Shown: positions 50,087 to 59,394 of the stretch, piece after piece | Layout: every line of letters begins with the position of its first letter | Position numbering within the stretch: the first letter of the stretch is position 1 | Source: an uncultured delta proteobacterium | Lineage (GTDB): Bacteria; Myxococcota; Myxococcia; Myxococcales; Myxococcaceae | DNA length: 64,000 nt | Direction: 5' to 3' | Assembly: GCA_963796055.1 (NCBI GenBank) | Contig: CAWCKH010000006.1 | Coordinates: forward strand, 96,001 to 160,000 | Translations under genes and position numbers: made by a program | Notes under the pieces: generated by a model | Databases searched by the model: none | Seen by the model: only the letters and a program-made list of their open reading frames with translations | What the model was told of the DNA's origin: nothing

Positions 50087-51058
50087 TTACCACCCGAGCC
50101 GGAGGACCCTGATCTTGAGGTGCGGCTCCTCCCCCCGAGGCGCCGGGAAGTCGATGGGGGACGCTTCCGGGCGGGCCACCTCCTCCGCCCTCCGCTCCGA
50201 GCGTCGCACACCCTCCGCCAGCGCCGCCTCGAACCGGCGCCCGGGGAGCGCTGCCACGTTGCAGGCCGCCAGCAGCCAGCCACCGGGGGCCACCAGCGGA
50301 GCCGCCTGGGTCACCAGCCGCGGCCAGTCCCGCGCGGCGGAGAAGGTGCCCGCCTTCCCTCGCGCGAAGCCGGGTGGATCGAGCACCACCGCATCGAACT
50401 GCTCGCCCCGCTTGCCCAGCCGACGAAGCCAGTCGAATGCGTCGCCTGCCAGCCGGTCCCCGGACGGCGGTGCCTGACCGTTCAGCCTCGCATTCTCCTC
50501 GCCCCAGGCCAGGGAGCGGCGGCTGAGGTCCACGTCGACCGCCCGCGCTGCGCCTCCGGCCCGGGCTGCGATGCCGAAGGCGCCGGTGTAGGCGAAGCAG
50601 TTGAGCAAGGTGGCCCCGCGCGCGTGCGCCCGCACCCAGCCCCGCGCCTCGCGCATGTCGAGGTACAGCCCCACGGCGAGACCCTCGCCGGGACGGATGC
50701 GGAACACGAGCCCCTGCTCGCGCACCTCCACCGCCTCCACCGGTTCGCCCCGAAGCGGCCGGGCCGGCGCGCGCGCCGCCCGCTCCTCGCCTCCGAGCGT
50801 CCCCGCCTCCCGGGGCCGCCGCTTGAGGTACAGAGCCCGGAGGGGGAGCAGCTCCATCGCCGCGTCGGCCACCGGCCCGGGGTCCTGGGTGTCGTAGGTG
50901 CTGAGCACCCCGATGTCGCCGAAGAGGTCGAGCGTCAGCCCCGGAGCGCCGTCCGCGGCCCCGTTCAGCCAGCGGAACGCCGTGGTCTGGCCGTCCTCCC
51001 GGAGTGGCGCCCGCCGGACGAGCGCCCGGGCGAGCAGCGCCCGCGCTCCTCCGCTCAT
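50087..51058 (-). CDS. Class I SAM-dependent rRNA methyltransferase (RlmI/RlmK-like)
   Basis: GLYLDMR, LNCFAYTGAFG, VVLDPPGF. Confidence 0.85.
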   Translation of the reverse strand: MSGGARALLARALVRRAPLREDGQTTAFRWLNGAADGAPGLTLDLFGDIGVLSTYDTQDPGPVADAAMELLPLRALYLKRRPREAGTLGGEERAARAPARPLRGEPVEAVEVREQGLVFRIRPGEGLAVGLYLDMREARGWVRAHARGATLLNCFAYTGAFGIAARAGGAARAVDVDLSRRSLAWGEENARLNGQAPPSGDRLAGDAFDWLRRLGKRGEQFDAVVLDPPGFARGKAGTFSAARDWPRLVTQAAPLVAPGGWLLAACNVAALPGRRFEAALAEGVRRSERRAEEVARPEASPIDFPAPRGEEPHLKIRVLRLGW

Positions 51059-52263
51059 GCGAGGGCGCGGCGGACGGCGGCGGCCTCGTCGAGCAGCGGA
51101 AGGAACTCGGTGCCGAGCAGCTGGCCCTCCCGCACCACCACGCGCCCGTTCACCACCGTCCACGCCACCGGGGCGCGCATCGAGGCCGCGAGGACCTCGA
51201 CCGCGTCCTCCGCTTGCGGGAACAGGTCCACCAGCACCAGATCCGCCACCGCACCCGGAGTGATGCGCCCCGCGGGGCGCCGGAAGACGCGCTCCAGGAA
51301 GCCGGCCGGCCCGTCCCCGAGCACCTCCGGTACCCGCTCCCTCGCCCAGAGCCTCCCGATGCGCGCGGCCCGGTGGGCGAGGATCCGTCCCGCGGTCCAC
51401 TGCTCCCGGAGGTCCCCGACGCCGGCGCTGGCCAGGACCACGCGGTGCGCCGGCTGCCACACCGATTCGAACCCGTGCTGCTCTCCCAGGAGATCTGCCA
51501 GCGGGCTCCAGGCCACCAGCACCCCGGTCTCGGCCAGCCGCTGGGCCTCGGCTCCCTCCACCGCGCGCGCGTGCACCGCGACGCTGGTGGCACCGAGCAA
51601 CCCGTGACGGTCCAGCCGCTCCACCATCCGGGTGCGGTGTTGCTCGAAGTGCTCGGCCAGCTCGGCGCTGGTCTCGGCGAGGCGGAAGTGCACCGGGGCG
51701 CGGAGGGACTCGGCGTCACGCCCCACCGCCCGCAGCAGCTCGTCCGAGGCGGTGAGGCAGCTGGCGAACCCCAGGCCGGCGCGCACCAGCGGATCCTCCG
51801 CGCTGCTCCGGGCCGCATCCGCGTTCAGCTCGTGCATGCCGATGCCGTGCCGCCCCTCGGCGGCGAGCGAGGTCACCATCCTCACGCCGAGCGCACGCGC
51901 CAGGCGTTGGCGGCCGGCGAGCGCGGCGGCACCGTCCGCCACCCCCTGCACCTGGTCGAGCACGGTGGTCACCCCGGCGCGAAGCGCGAGCGCCACGCCG
52001 GCGGAGGCGAGCGCCGATGACTCCGTCGCGGTGAGCGGTCGCCGGGCAGCAGGTAGCTCGCCGAGCTGGGCGTACCCGTCCACCCGGCCCGGCACCAGCA
52101 CCCGTCCGTGGGCCTCGATGGCCCAGTCACCGGGCCGGACCGGCTCGCTTCCGTCGGGCGCGATGCGGGCCACCATTCCGCCCTCGACCACCACCGCGCG
52201 GTGCGGCAGCACGGCTCCGCGGTCCAGCAGCGTGCAATCCTTGACGAGCAGGCGGCCTTCCAT
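51055..52263 (-). CDS. Amidohydrolase superfamily protein (SsnA/AtzA-like) with degenerate metal ligands
   Basis: PGRVDGYAQL, GVTTVLD, VHFRLAE, AVHA, GRITPGAVADLV, VVNGRVVV. Confidence 0.75.
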   Translation of the reverse strand: MEGRLLVKDCTLLDRGAVLPHRAVVVEGGMVARIAPDGSEPVRPGDWAIEAHGRVLVPGRVDGYAQLGELPAARRPLTATESSALASAGVALALRAGVTTVLDQVQGVADGAAALAGRQRLARALGVRMVTSLAAEGRHGIGMHELNADAARSSAEDPLVRAGLGFASCLTASDELLRAVGRDAESLRAPVHFRLAETSAELAEHFEQHRTRMVERLDRHGLLGATSVAVHARAVEGAEAQRLAETGVLVAWSPLADLLGEQHGFESVWQPAHRVVLASAGVGDLREQWTAGRILAHRAARIGRLWARERVPEVLGDGPAGFLERVFRRPAGRITPGAVADLVLVDLFPQAEDAVEVLAASMRAPVAWTVVNGRVVVREGQLLGTEFLPLLDEAAAVRRALA

Positions 52264-52333
52264 GCCGTCCACCACCTTAGCCGCTGGCGCTGCTGCGAGC
52301 ATGTACCCACGCCCTGGGGATAAGCTTCGGCGC

Positions 52334-53308
52334 ATGGCTGATCCGGCGTGGAGCCTGCCGCTCCACATCCGCTGGGACGAGGGGTTGTCGCTGGTGGCTG
52401 GCGACGGCGCGCTACCCGGCTGCCCTGCGCCCACGCCCGGGATGCCCCTGTCGGAGGCGCTGGGGGTGGACCTGGCCACCGCGCAGGCGCTCGACGCACG
52501 TGGGCGACGAGGTGGAGGGGTGGAGTTCGTGCGCACCGGCAGCGGGTCGGCGGGTACGCCGCGCTGGCTCCGGGTCGGAGTCGCGCCGGCGGGGGCGGCA
52601 GTGGAAGCCCGGGTGCATGACCTCGGGCCGCTGCTCGAGGGGGCACCGCCGCTGCAGATTTCCCGCCTCTCCAGCTCGCTCAGCCACGAGCTGCGCAATC
52701 CTCTGTCCAGCGTGAAGATGGCGGTGCAGACCCTGGCCCGGAACGAGGGACTTTCACCCCGTGATCAGCGCCGGCTCACCATCGCCCTGCGGGAGATTCG
52801 CACCCTGGAGCGCATGCTCTGGATGCTGAGCGAGTACGGGCGAGAGGCGCCGCTCGCCCTGGACACCTGGGCCCTGCCGGACCTCCTCCAGGAGTCCGCG
52901 GCGCTGATCGAGCAGGACCTCGCCGAGCGAAGCGTCAGGGTCGAGCTGTGCGGCGCCGAGGGCCTGCCGCGGGTTCGCTCGGACGGGGTTCGCCTCCGTC
53001 CGGTCCTGGCGCAGCTCTTCCTGAACGTGGCCTCGGGCCTGGAGGAGGGGCAACCCTTGCTCGTCACCCTGCGACGGTCGGAGCGGGGCGCGGAGGTCGA
53101 GCTGCTCGACGAGCACGCCGCGCTGGCGCCCGGCGACGAGGAGCGGGTCTTCGAGCCCTTCGGCTCCCGCCTGGCGCGCGGGGCAGGCCTGTCGCTGGCC
53201 GCGCTCCGCCGCGTGCTCCAGCAGCAGGGCGGAGAGGTCACCGCCGCGGCCGCGATGCCTCCGGCGCAGGGCGTCCTGTTCTGCATCGACTTCGCGAGGG
53301 CCTCCTGA
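52334..53308 (+). CDS. mrpA: Histidine kinase MrpA
   Basis: SHELRNPLSS H-box, cytoplasmic, directly upstream of mrpB and mrpC. Confidence 0.8.
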   Translation: MADPAWSLPLHIRWDEGLSLVAGDGALPGCPAPTPGMPLSEALGVDLATAQALDARGRRGGGVEFVRTGSGSAGTPRWLRVGVAPAGAAVEARVHDLGPLLEGAPPLQISRLSSSLSHELRNPLSSVKMAVQTLARNEGLSPRDQRRLTIALREIRTLERMLWMLSEYGREAPLALDTWALPDLLQESAALIEQDLAERSVRVELCGAEGLPRVRSDGVRLRPVLAQLFLNVASGLEEGQPLLVTLRRSERGAEVELLDEHAALAPGDEERVFEPFGSRLARGAGLSLAALRRVLQQQGGEVTAAAAMPPAQGVLFCIDFARAS

Positions 53309-53310
53309 CC

Positions 53311-54717
53311 ATGGACACGCTCCTGCTCGTCGACGACGACGTCTCGCTCCTCGAGTCGCTCACCCTCCACTTCGAGGACGCGGAGAAGAACGGAGAGCCC
53401 CGCTTCCAGGTGGTGACCGCCACCACCGCCGCCGCCGGGCTGGTCAAGGCACGAGAATGCGGGCCCTCGCTGGTGGTGCTGGACATGATGCTCCCCGACC
53501 GGAGCGGGCTCGACCTCATCGTGGAGATGAAGTCGGTCTGCGGGGACGCCCCCATCGTCCTGGTCACCGCCTACCACGACATGGAGAGCACCATCCGGGC
53601 GATGAAGCTCGGGGCGTTCGACTACATCCACAAGCCGTTCGCCGACCCCGCAGCGCTGGACCTGGTCATCAACCGCGCCCTCAGTGTGCGCCAGCTCAGC
53701 CGTCGCGCGGCGAGCGCGGAGCTGGAGGTCGCCCCCGCCCGCCTGGGCGACCTGGTGGGCCAGACCCCGGTGATGCAGCAGCTGGTGAAGGAGATCGGCA
53801 AGGTGGCAGCCGCCCCGCGCGCCACGGTGCTGGTCACCGGAGAGTCGGGCACTGGCAAGGAGCTGGTGGCCCGGGTCATCCACAACTACTCGTTCGACGA
53901 GCCGCGGCCGTTCGTGGGCATCAACTGCTCGGCCATCGTGGAGACCCTGCTGGAGTCGGAGCTCTTCGGCCACGAGCGCGGGGCCTTCACCGGTGCCACC
54001 GCCACCAAGCCGGGCAAGTTCGAGGTGGCCGAGGACGGGACGGTGTTCCTCGACGAGATCGGTGACCTCTCGCCGCATCTGCAGGCCAAGCTCCTCCGGG
54101 TCCTGCAAGAGCGGGAGTTCGAGCGGGTGGGGAGCACCAAGCGCATCGCCCTTCAGGCGAGGGTCATCGCCGCCACCCACCGCGACCTCACCGAGGAGGT
54201 GAAGGCCGGACGTTTTCGCGAGGACCTCCACCATCGGCTCCAGGTCATCACCTTGCGCGTCCCGCCGCTCCGCGAGCGCCGGGAGGACATCCCCCTGCTG
54301 GTCAAGGGCCTGCTGGAGCGCATCAACGGTCGGGTCCACAAGCGGGTGACCCGGGTGCCCGCCGAGGTGATGGAGGCGCTGGTCCGGCTCCCGTGGCGCG
54401 GAAACGTCCGGGAGCTGGAGAATGTCCTTACGCGGGCAGTCGTCCTGTCCCCAGGGGAAGTCCTCCTCGCCGAAAGCCTGCCGCGAGACGATCTCCCCGA
54501 GGAGCGGGAGGCGCCGAGCTGGTTCCCTTTCGACGCCCCACTGCCTACCCTCGAGGAGGCGGAGCGGCAGCTGATCGAGCGTGCGCTGGTTCTCACCCGT
54601 GGGCACAAGGGCCGCGCGTGCCAGATGCTCGGAATCAGCCGGCCGACCCTGGAGCGGAAGCTGGCGAAATACGGGACTGCACGTTCCGTCAAAGCTCCCC
54701 TCAAGAGTGTCAGTTGA
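53311..54717 (+). CDS. mrpB: Sigma54-dependent response regulator (enhancer-binding protein) MrpB
   Basis: REC, GESGTGKE, GAFTGA, WRGNVRELEN, Fis-type HTH; gene order with mrpA and mrpC. Confidence 0.88.
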   Translation: MDTLLLVDDDVSLLESLTLHFEDAEKNGEPRFQVVTATTAAAGLVKARECGPSLVVLDMMLPDRSGLDLIVEMKSVCGDAPIVLVTAYHDMESTIRAMKLGAFDYIHKPFADPAALDLVINRALSVRQLSRRAASAELEVAPARLGDLVGQTPVMQQLVKEIGKVAAAPRATVLVTGESGTGKELVARVIHNYSFDEPRPFVGINCSAIVETLLESELFGHERGAFTGATATKPGKFEVAEDGTVFLDEIGDLSPHLQAKLLRVLQEREFERVGSTKRIALQARVIAATHRDLTEEVKAGRFREDLHHRLQVITLRVPPLRERREDIPLLVKGLLERINGRVHKRVTRVPAEVMEALVRLPWRGNVRELENVLTRAVVLSPGEVLLAESLPRDDLPEEREAPSWFPFDAPLPTLEEAERQLIERALVLTRGHKGRACQMLGISRPTLERKLAKYGTARSVKAPLKSVS

Positions 54718-54724
54718 CGGAAAC

Positions 54725-54801
54725 TGTCACCAGAAGGACGTCTTGAACGGCTTTTGAACGTTTCGTTCAGTGTATTCCAAGACGTTCAAACGTTTCGTTC
54801 A
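54725..54801 (+). promoter_or_regulatory. mrpC upstream control region: MrpC-type site and candidate enhancer repeats
   Basis: TGTC-N8-GAC at 54725-54739; palindrome TGAACG-TTT-CGTTCA at 54755-54769; AACGTTTCGTTCA repeated at 54757 and 54789. Confidence 0.55.
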
Positions 54802-54895
54802 ATCCGCCTGATTTCCGTCAGGGCCACCTGTCCGTCCGCCCGTAAAGCTGTCCTTGTTTCGAACGTTTGCACCTGGTCCTACCGACCCCGGGCCA

Positions 54896-54910
54896 CGGCA
54901 CGCGTCTTGG
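54896..54910 (+). promoter_or_regulatory. Sigma54-like promoter of mrpC
   Basis: CGGCACGCGTCTTGG (-24 GGCAC, -12 TTGG), about 45 nt upstream of the ATG. Confidence 0.6.
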
Positions 54911-54953
54911 AATGAGTTCTCCCACACGACAGCGCCGGAGAGGACCTTTCCCC

Positions 54954-55700
54954 ATGCACGGCTACAACCGCCCTCTGGGCCCCATCGGTTCCAACGTGGT
55001 CCCACCGCTGCAGACCACCTCGTCGGGGATGCTGGTCACCCCGAGCAAAGTCGCGGCCCCCCAGGAGTCCATCGACTTCAAGGGGTACTTCAAGGTCGAG
55101 ACCTTCCCGCACAACGCGGTGATCTACCGGCCGGGGGACGCGAGCGACCGGGTGTACCTCCTCAAGACCGGGCGGGTCCGGCTGATGCGGCTCGGCCGGA
55201 ACAGCCAGCGCTCGGTGGTCTCCATCCTCCGCCCCGGCGACCTGTTCGGCGAGCTGTTCCGCCCCGAGGGAACCCCGGTGGAGGAGCTGGCGGTGTCGGC
55301 GGGCGAGGCCGAGGTGTGGAGCATCGAGGGGCGTGACTTCCGCGCCCAGCTCGAGGCCCGGCCCACCCTGGCGGTGGACGTGGTGCGCGCCTATGCCGAG
55401 CGGGTGCGCTCGCTCAGGAAGCGCGTCCTCGGCTTGACCTTCAAGGAGGTCCCGGCGCGCCTGGCGGACACGCTGCTCACCCTCGCCGAGGCCCACGGCG
55501 AGCGCTGCCCGCACGGCGGCGAGACCGACCTCCGCGGCATCACCCAGCAGGACCTGGCCGATCTGGTGGGTGCCTCCCGCTCCTTCGTCTCCACGCTGAT
55601 CAACGAGATGAAGCGTGACGGGATGCTGGGCAACGTCGGCCGCATCCTCTGCGTCCGCGACCAGAAGGCGCTCCGGAAGATCGCCTCGGCCGAGAAGTAG
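54954..55700 (+). CDS. mrpC: CRP/FNR-family developmental regulator MrpC
   Basis: MHGYNRPLGPIGSNVVPPLQTTSSG... and ITQQDLADLVGASRSFVSTLINEMKR, near-identical to M. xanthus MrpC as recalled. Confidence 0.95.
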   Translation: MHGYNRPLGPIGSNVVPPLQTTSSGMLVTPSKVAAPQESIDFKGYFKVETFPHNAVIYRPGDASDRVYLLKTGRVRLMRLGRNSQRSVVSILRPGDLFGELFRPEGTPVEELAVSAGEAEVWSIEGRDFRAQLEARPTLAVDVVRAYAERVRSLRKRVLGLTFKEVPARLADTLLTLAEAHGERCPHGGETDLRGITQQDLADLVGASRSFVSTLINEMKRDGMLGNVGRILCVRDQKALRKIASAEK

Positions 55701-55754
55701 TCACCCGGGCTCCGGCACGGGCACGAGGCGGGGCTCGCCCGCGGGCCTGCAGGG

Positions 55755-57602
55755 GTGGCAGTCTCCGTCGGCCCCGTGCCAACCCTCCCTGAGAGCAGGG
55801 CCCAGGCGGCCCAGCGTCACCGTGAAGAGCGCGCGCGTGCCGAGGCGGGGGCGGCGGCGCTCGATCGGCGCATGGCACGGGTGGCCAACGCCCGGGTGCT
55901 GGCGTTCCTCGCCAGCGCGGTGGTGTTGCTCCTGACGATCTTCCACCGTCTGCCGCCCTGGGGCTACCTGCCGGCGCTGGTCGCGGCGCTGGGCTATGGG
56001 GCGCTCGCCTTCTGGCACGGGCGGCTGCTCCAGGCGGAGGCGCGGGCCAGGGCCGAGGCCGCGTACGAGCAGAGGGCCGAGGAGCGGCTGACCGGCGCCT
56101 GGCACGCCCATCCCCCGGGCGGAACGCCGCTCGAGCACCTCGCCGAGCACCCCTACGCGGCCGACCTCGACGTGTTCGGCCATGGATCGCTCTTCCAGCT
56201 GCTGGACGAGGCGGCCACCGCGCACGGGGAGCGGCGGCTTGCCGACTGGCTCTCGGCGCCCGCCACGCCGGACGAGGTGCGCCACCGCCAACGTCAAGTC
56301 TCGGAGCTCGCCGGCCGTCCGCTGTTCCGGCGCGACCTGACGGTGGAGGGCCGGCTGGGGGGGAACGCCCGTGTCTCGCCGCGCGCGTTCATCGCCTGGG
56401 CCGAGTCGCCGCCGTCCATGGAGCGGGTGCGCTGGATGCGGCCGCTCGCCCCGGTGGTGCCGCTGGTGTGGGCGCTGGTGGTGGCCCTGGCGGCCACGGA
56501 CCGGCTGCCGGGGGAGGCCCCCTGGCTCTTCCTCCTCATCCCCGCAGCGATGCTGCTCGTGGCCCGGCGGGGCATCGCCGAGAGCTTCGACGGTCTGGAG
56601 CTGGGGCAGCGCGGAGCGGACCGGCTCGCCCGAGCCCTGGAGCGGCTGGAGCAGGAGCCGTTCTCCTCGCCCGAGCTCCGCGCGCTCGCCCGGGGGACGG
56701 AGCGCGTCATCGCCCCCAGCGCCGCCATGCGCCAGCTGGCGCGGCTGTCCTCGCTCGCCGAGCAGCGCCGGAACCAGCTGCACGTGGTGGTCAACGTCCT
56801 CACCCTCTGGGACCTGCACGTCTTCTTCCGCCTCGACGACTGGCGGCGGCGGAACGGGCGGGAGGTGGCGGGGTGGCTGGACCGGCTCGCCGACGTCGAG
56901 GCGCTGGCCTGCCTCGGCGGCTACCTCCACGACCGGCCGGAGCTGACGATGCCCGAGGTGGTCGACTCCGGGCCGCGCTTCACGGCGGATCGGCTCGCCC
57001 ATCCCCTCCTCGACGACGCCGTGCCGAACGACGTCTCGCTCGAGGGCCCGGGTCGTCTCCTCCTGGTCACCGGCTCGAACATGTCCGGAAAGTCCACCCT
57101 GCTCCGGGCCATCGGGCTCAACACGGTGCTCGCGCTGGCGGGCGGGCCGGTCTCCGCGCGCCGGCTCACCCTGTCGGCGCTGCACACCTGGACCAGCATG
57201 CGGGTCCAGGACTCGCTCGAGCAGGGCGTCTCCTTCTTCTATGCCGAGGTCCGCCGGCTGAAGCAGGTGCTCGAGGGCGCGGCGGCCCATCCCCGGGCCG
57301 CGCTGGTCCTGGTGGACGAGATGCTGCTGGGGACCAACACCCGTGAGCGGCGGCTGGCCTCGGGCGAGGTGCTGCGACTGTTGCTGCAGACCGGCTGCAT
57401 CGGGGCGGTCACCACCCACGACCTGTCGCTCGCCGAGCTGGCGAAGGTCCCGGGAAGCACCCTGATTCCGGTGCACTTCCAGGACGTGCTGGAAGACGGC
57501 CGGATGCGCTTCGACTACACCCTGCGGCAAGGAGTGGTGCAGAGCACCAATGCGCTCCGGGTCCTGGCCCTGGCCGGGATTCCGGTGCGCGACGATGCCT
57601 GA
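55755..57602 (+). CDS. Membrane-associated MutS domain V ATPase
   Basis: TM segments, DLDVFG, TGSNMSGKST, SFFYAE, DEMLLGTN, TTHD. Confidence 0.88.
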   Translation: MAVSVGPVPTLPESRAQAAQRHREERARAEAGAAALDRRMARVANARVLAFLASAVVLLLTIFHRLPPWGYLPALVAALGYGALAFWHGRLLQAEARARAEAAYEQRAEERLTGAWHAHPPGGTPLEHLAEHPYAADLDVFGHGSLFQLLDEAATAHGERRLADWLSAPATPDEVRHRQRQVSELAGRPLFRRDLTVEGRLGGNARVSPRAFIAWAESPPSMERVRWMRPLAPVVPLVWALVVALAATDRLPGEAPWLFLLIPAAMLLVARRGIAESFDGLELGQRGADRLARALERLEQEPFSSPELRALARGTERVIAPSAAMRQLARLSSLAEQRRNQLHVVVNVLTLWDLHVFFRLDDWRRRNGREVAGWLDRLADVEALACLGGYLHDRPELTMPEVVDSGPRFTADRLAHPLLDDAVPNDVSLEGPGRLLLVTGSNMSGKSTLLRAIGLNTVLALAGGPVSARRLTLSALHTWTSMRVQDSLEQGVSFFYAEVRRLKQVLEGAAAHPRAALVLVDEMLLGTNTRERRLASGEVLRLLLQTGCIGAVTTHDLSLAELAKVPGSTLIPVHFQDVLEDGRMRFDYTLRQGVVQSTNALRVLALAGIPVRDDA

Positions 57603-57627
57603 AAGCGTGAGAGGAAGCTCGCCGACG

Positions 57628-59379
57628 ATGGCCCGACCGGACCCCCACAGCCACACCGACCTCGCCCAGCCGCACCAGCGGCATCTGTCGTGGAACGCCG
57701 AGGTGGATTTCGCTCGACGAACGATCGAGGCCACCGCCACGCTCCGCTTCGACCGCGGCGGTGGGCCGGTGGACCTGGACAGCCGCGGGCTCGAGGTCCA
57801 GGCGGTGACCTCTCCGGAGGGCACGCCGCTCCGGTTCGACCTGGGCGACTCCGAGCCCATCCTCGGCCAGCGGCTCCGCGTGGAGCTCCCCGCCGGCGTG
57901 GACGGCTGCGTCATCCGCTACCGCACCGGGCCCGAGGCCTCCGCGCTGCAATGGCTCGAGCCGGAGCAGACCGCGGGCGGGAAGGCGCCGTTCCTGTACA
58001 GCCAGTGCCAGGCGATCCACGCCCGCTCGGTGGTTCCGCTGCAAGACACGCCCCGGCTGCGCATCACCTACGACGCCGCGCTCACCGTCCCGGCGGCACT
58101 GCGTGGACTCATGGCCGCCGGCGCCGTCGGTCGAGAGGTCCGGGGCGACCGCGCGGTGGAACGCCACCGGATGGACGAGCCCGTCCCGCCGTACCTCTTC
58201 GCCTTCGCCGTGGGAGACCTGGCCTCCCGGGAGCTGGGGCCCCGGAGCCGGGTGTGGGCGGAGCCGTCGGTGGTGGGCCGGGCGGCCGACGAGTTCGTGG
58301 GCGTGGACGGGATGCTCACCTCGGCCGAGGCGCTGTTCGGCCCGTACCCGTGGGGGCGGTTCGATCTGCTGGTCCTGCCGCCGTCGTTTCCATACGGGGG
58401 CATGGAGAACCCGCGCCTGACGTTCCTCACCCCCACGCTCCTCACCGGCGACCGGTCGCTGGTGAGCGTGGTGGCCCACGAGCTCTCCCACAGCTGGACG
58501 GGGAATCTGGTGTCGAACGCCAGCGCCGAGGACTTCTGGCTGAACGAGGGGTTCACCGTCTTCGCCGAGCGGCGCATCCTCGAGGTGCTGGAGGGGCCGG
58601 AGATGGTCGCACTCCACGCGGCGGTGGGGCGACAGGCGCTGGACGAGGCGGTGGCGAACTTCCGAGACCGGCCCGCTCTCACCCGCCTGCGGACAAGGCT
58701 GGAGGGCGTGGACCCCGACGACGCGTTCAGCCAGGTGCCCTACGAGAAGGGGTACCTGTTCCTGCGCGCGCTCGAGGACGCCGTCGGGCGCCCGGCGTTC
58801 GACCGCTTCCTCAGACGCTACATGGAGGCGTTCCGGTTCCAGTCCATCACCACCGAGGAGCTGCTGGAGCTCGTCCGGACCGAGCTGCCCGGCGCGCTGG
58901 AGACGGTGAACGCGCCCCGGTGGATCGACGGGGAGGGTGTACCCCCGGGCGCACCGGTGGCGCGCAGCAGCCGGCTCGAGCAGGTGGAGGCGCTGAAGGG
59001 GCGGGTGCCTCCGGAGTCGGCGAAGGACTGGTCACCCTGGGAGTGGCAGGTCTACCTGAACCAGCTGCCGCGGCCGTCCCCGTCCGAGCTGATGACGGCG
59101 CTCGACGATCGCTTCCATCTCACCCGGGCTCCGAACCCCGAGGTGCTGGTGGCCTGGCTCACCGTCGCGATCCGCAGCGGGCACGCCCCGGCGGTCCAGC
59201 GGGCCGAGGAGCTCCTCGGGCAGGTGGGGCGGATGAAGTACCTCAAACCGCTCTACGCGGCGCTGATCGCCGGTCCCGGGACCCGGAGCCTCGCCGAGGC
59301 GTGCGCGAAGCGGTACCGGAAGCGCTACCACCTCATCGCCGCCACGGGCGTGGATGGGCTGCTGCGCAAGGGAGCCTGA
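57628..59379 (+). CDS. M1 family aminopeptidase (leukotriene A4 hydrolase-like)
   Basis: GGMEN, HELSH...WLNEG, PYEKG, GRMKY. Confidence 0.93.
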   Translation: MARPDPHSHTDLAQPHQRHLSWNAEVDFARRTIEATATLRFDRGGGPVDLDSRGLEVQAVTSPEGTPLRFDLGDSEPILGQRLRVELPAGVDGCVIRYRTGPEASALQWLEPEQTAGGKAPFLYSQCQAIHARSVVPLQDTPRLRITYDAALTVPAALRGLMAAGAVGREVRGDRAVERHRMDEPVPPYLFAFAVGDLASRELGPRSRVWAEPSVVGRAADEFVGVDGMLTSAEALFGPYPWGRFDLLVLPPSFPYGGMENPRLTFLTPTLLTGDRSLVSVVAHELSHSWTGNLVSNASAEDFWLNEGFTVFAERRILEVLEGPEMVALHAAVGRQALDEAVANFRDRPALTRLRTRLEGVDPDDAFSQVPYEKGYLFLRALEDAVGRPAFDRFLRRYMEAFRFQSITTEELLELVRTELPGALETVNAPRWIDGEGVPPGAPVARSSRLEQVEALKGRVPPESAKDWSPWEWQVYLNQLPRPSPSELMTALDDRFHLTRAPNPEVLVAWLTVAIRSGHAPAVQRAEELLGQVGRMKYLKPLYAALIAGPGTRSLAEACAKRYRKRYHLIAATGVDGLLRKGA

Positions 59380-59394
59380 GCCCGCGTTCTTGGT

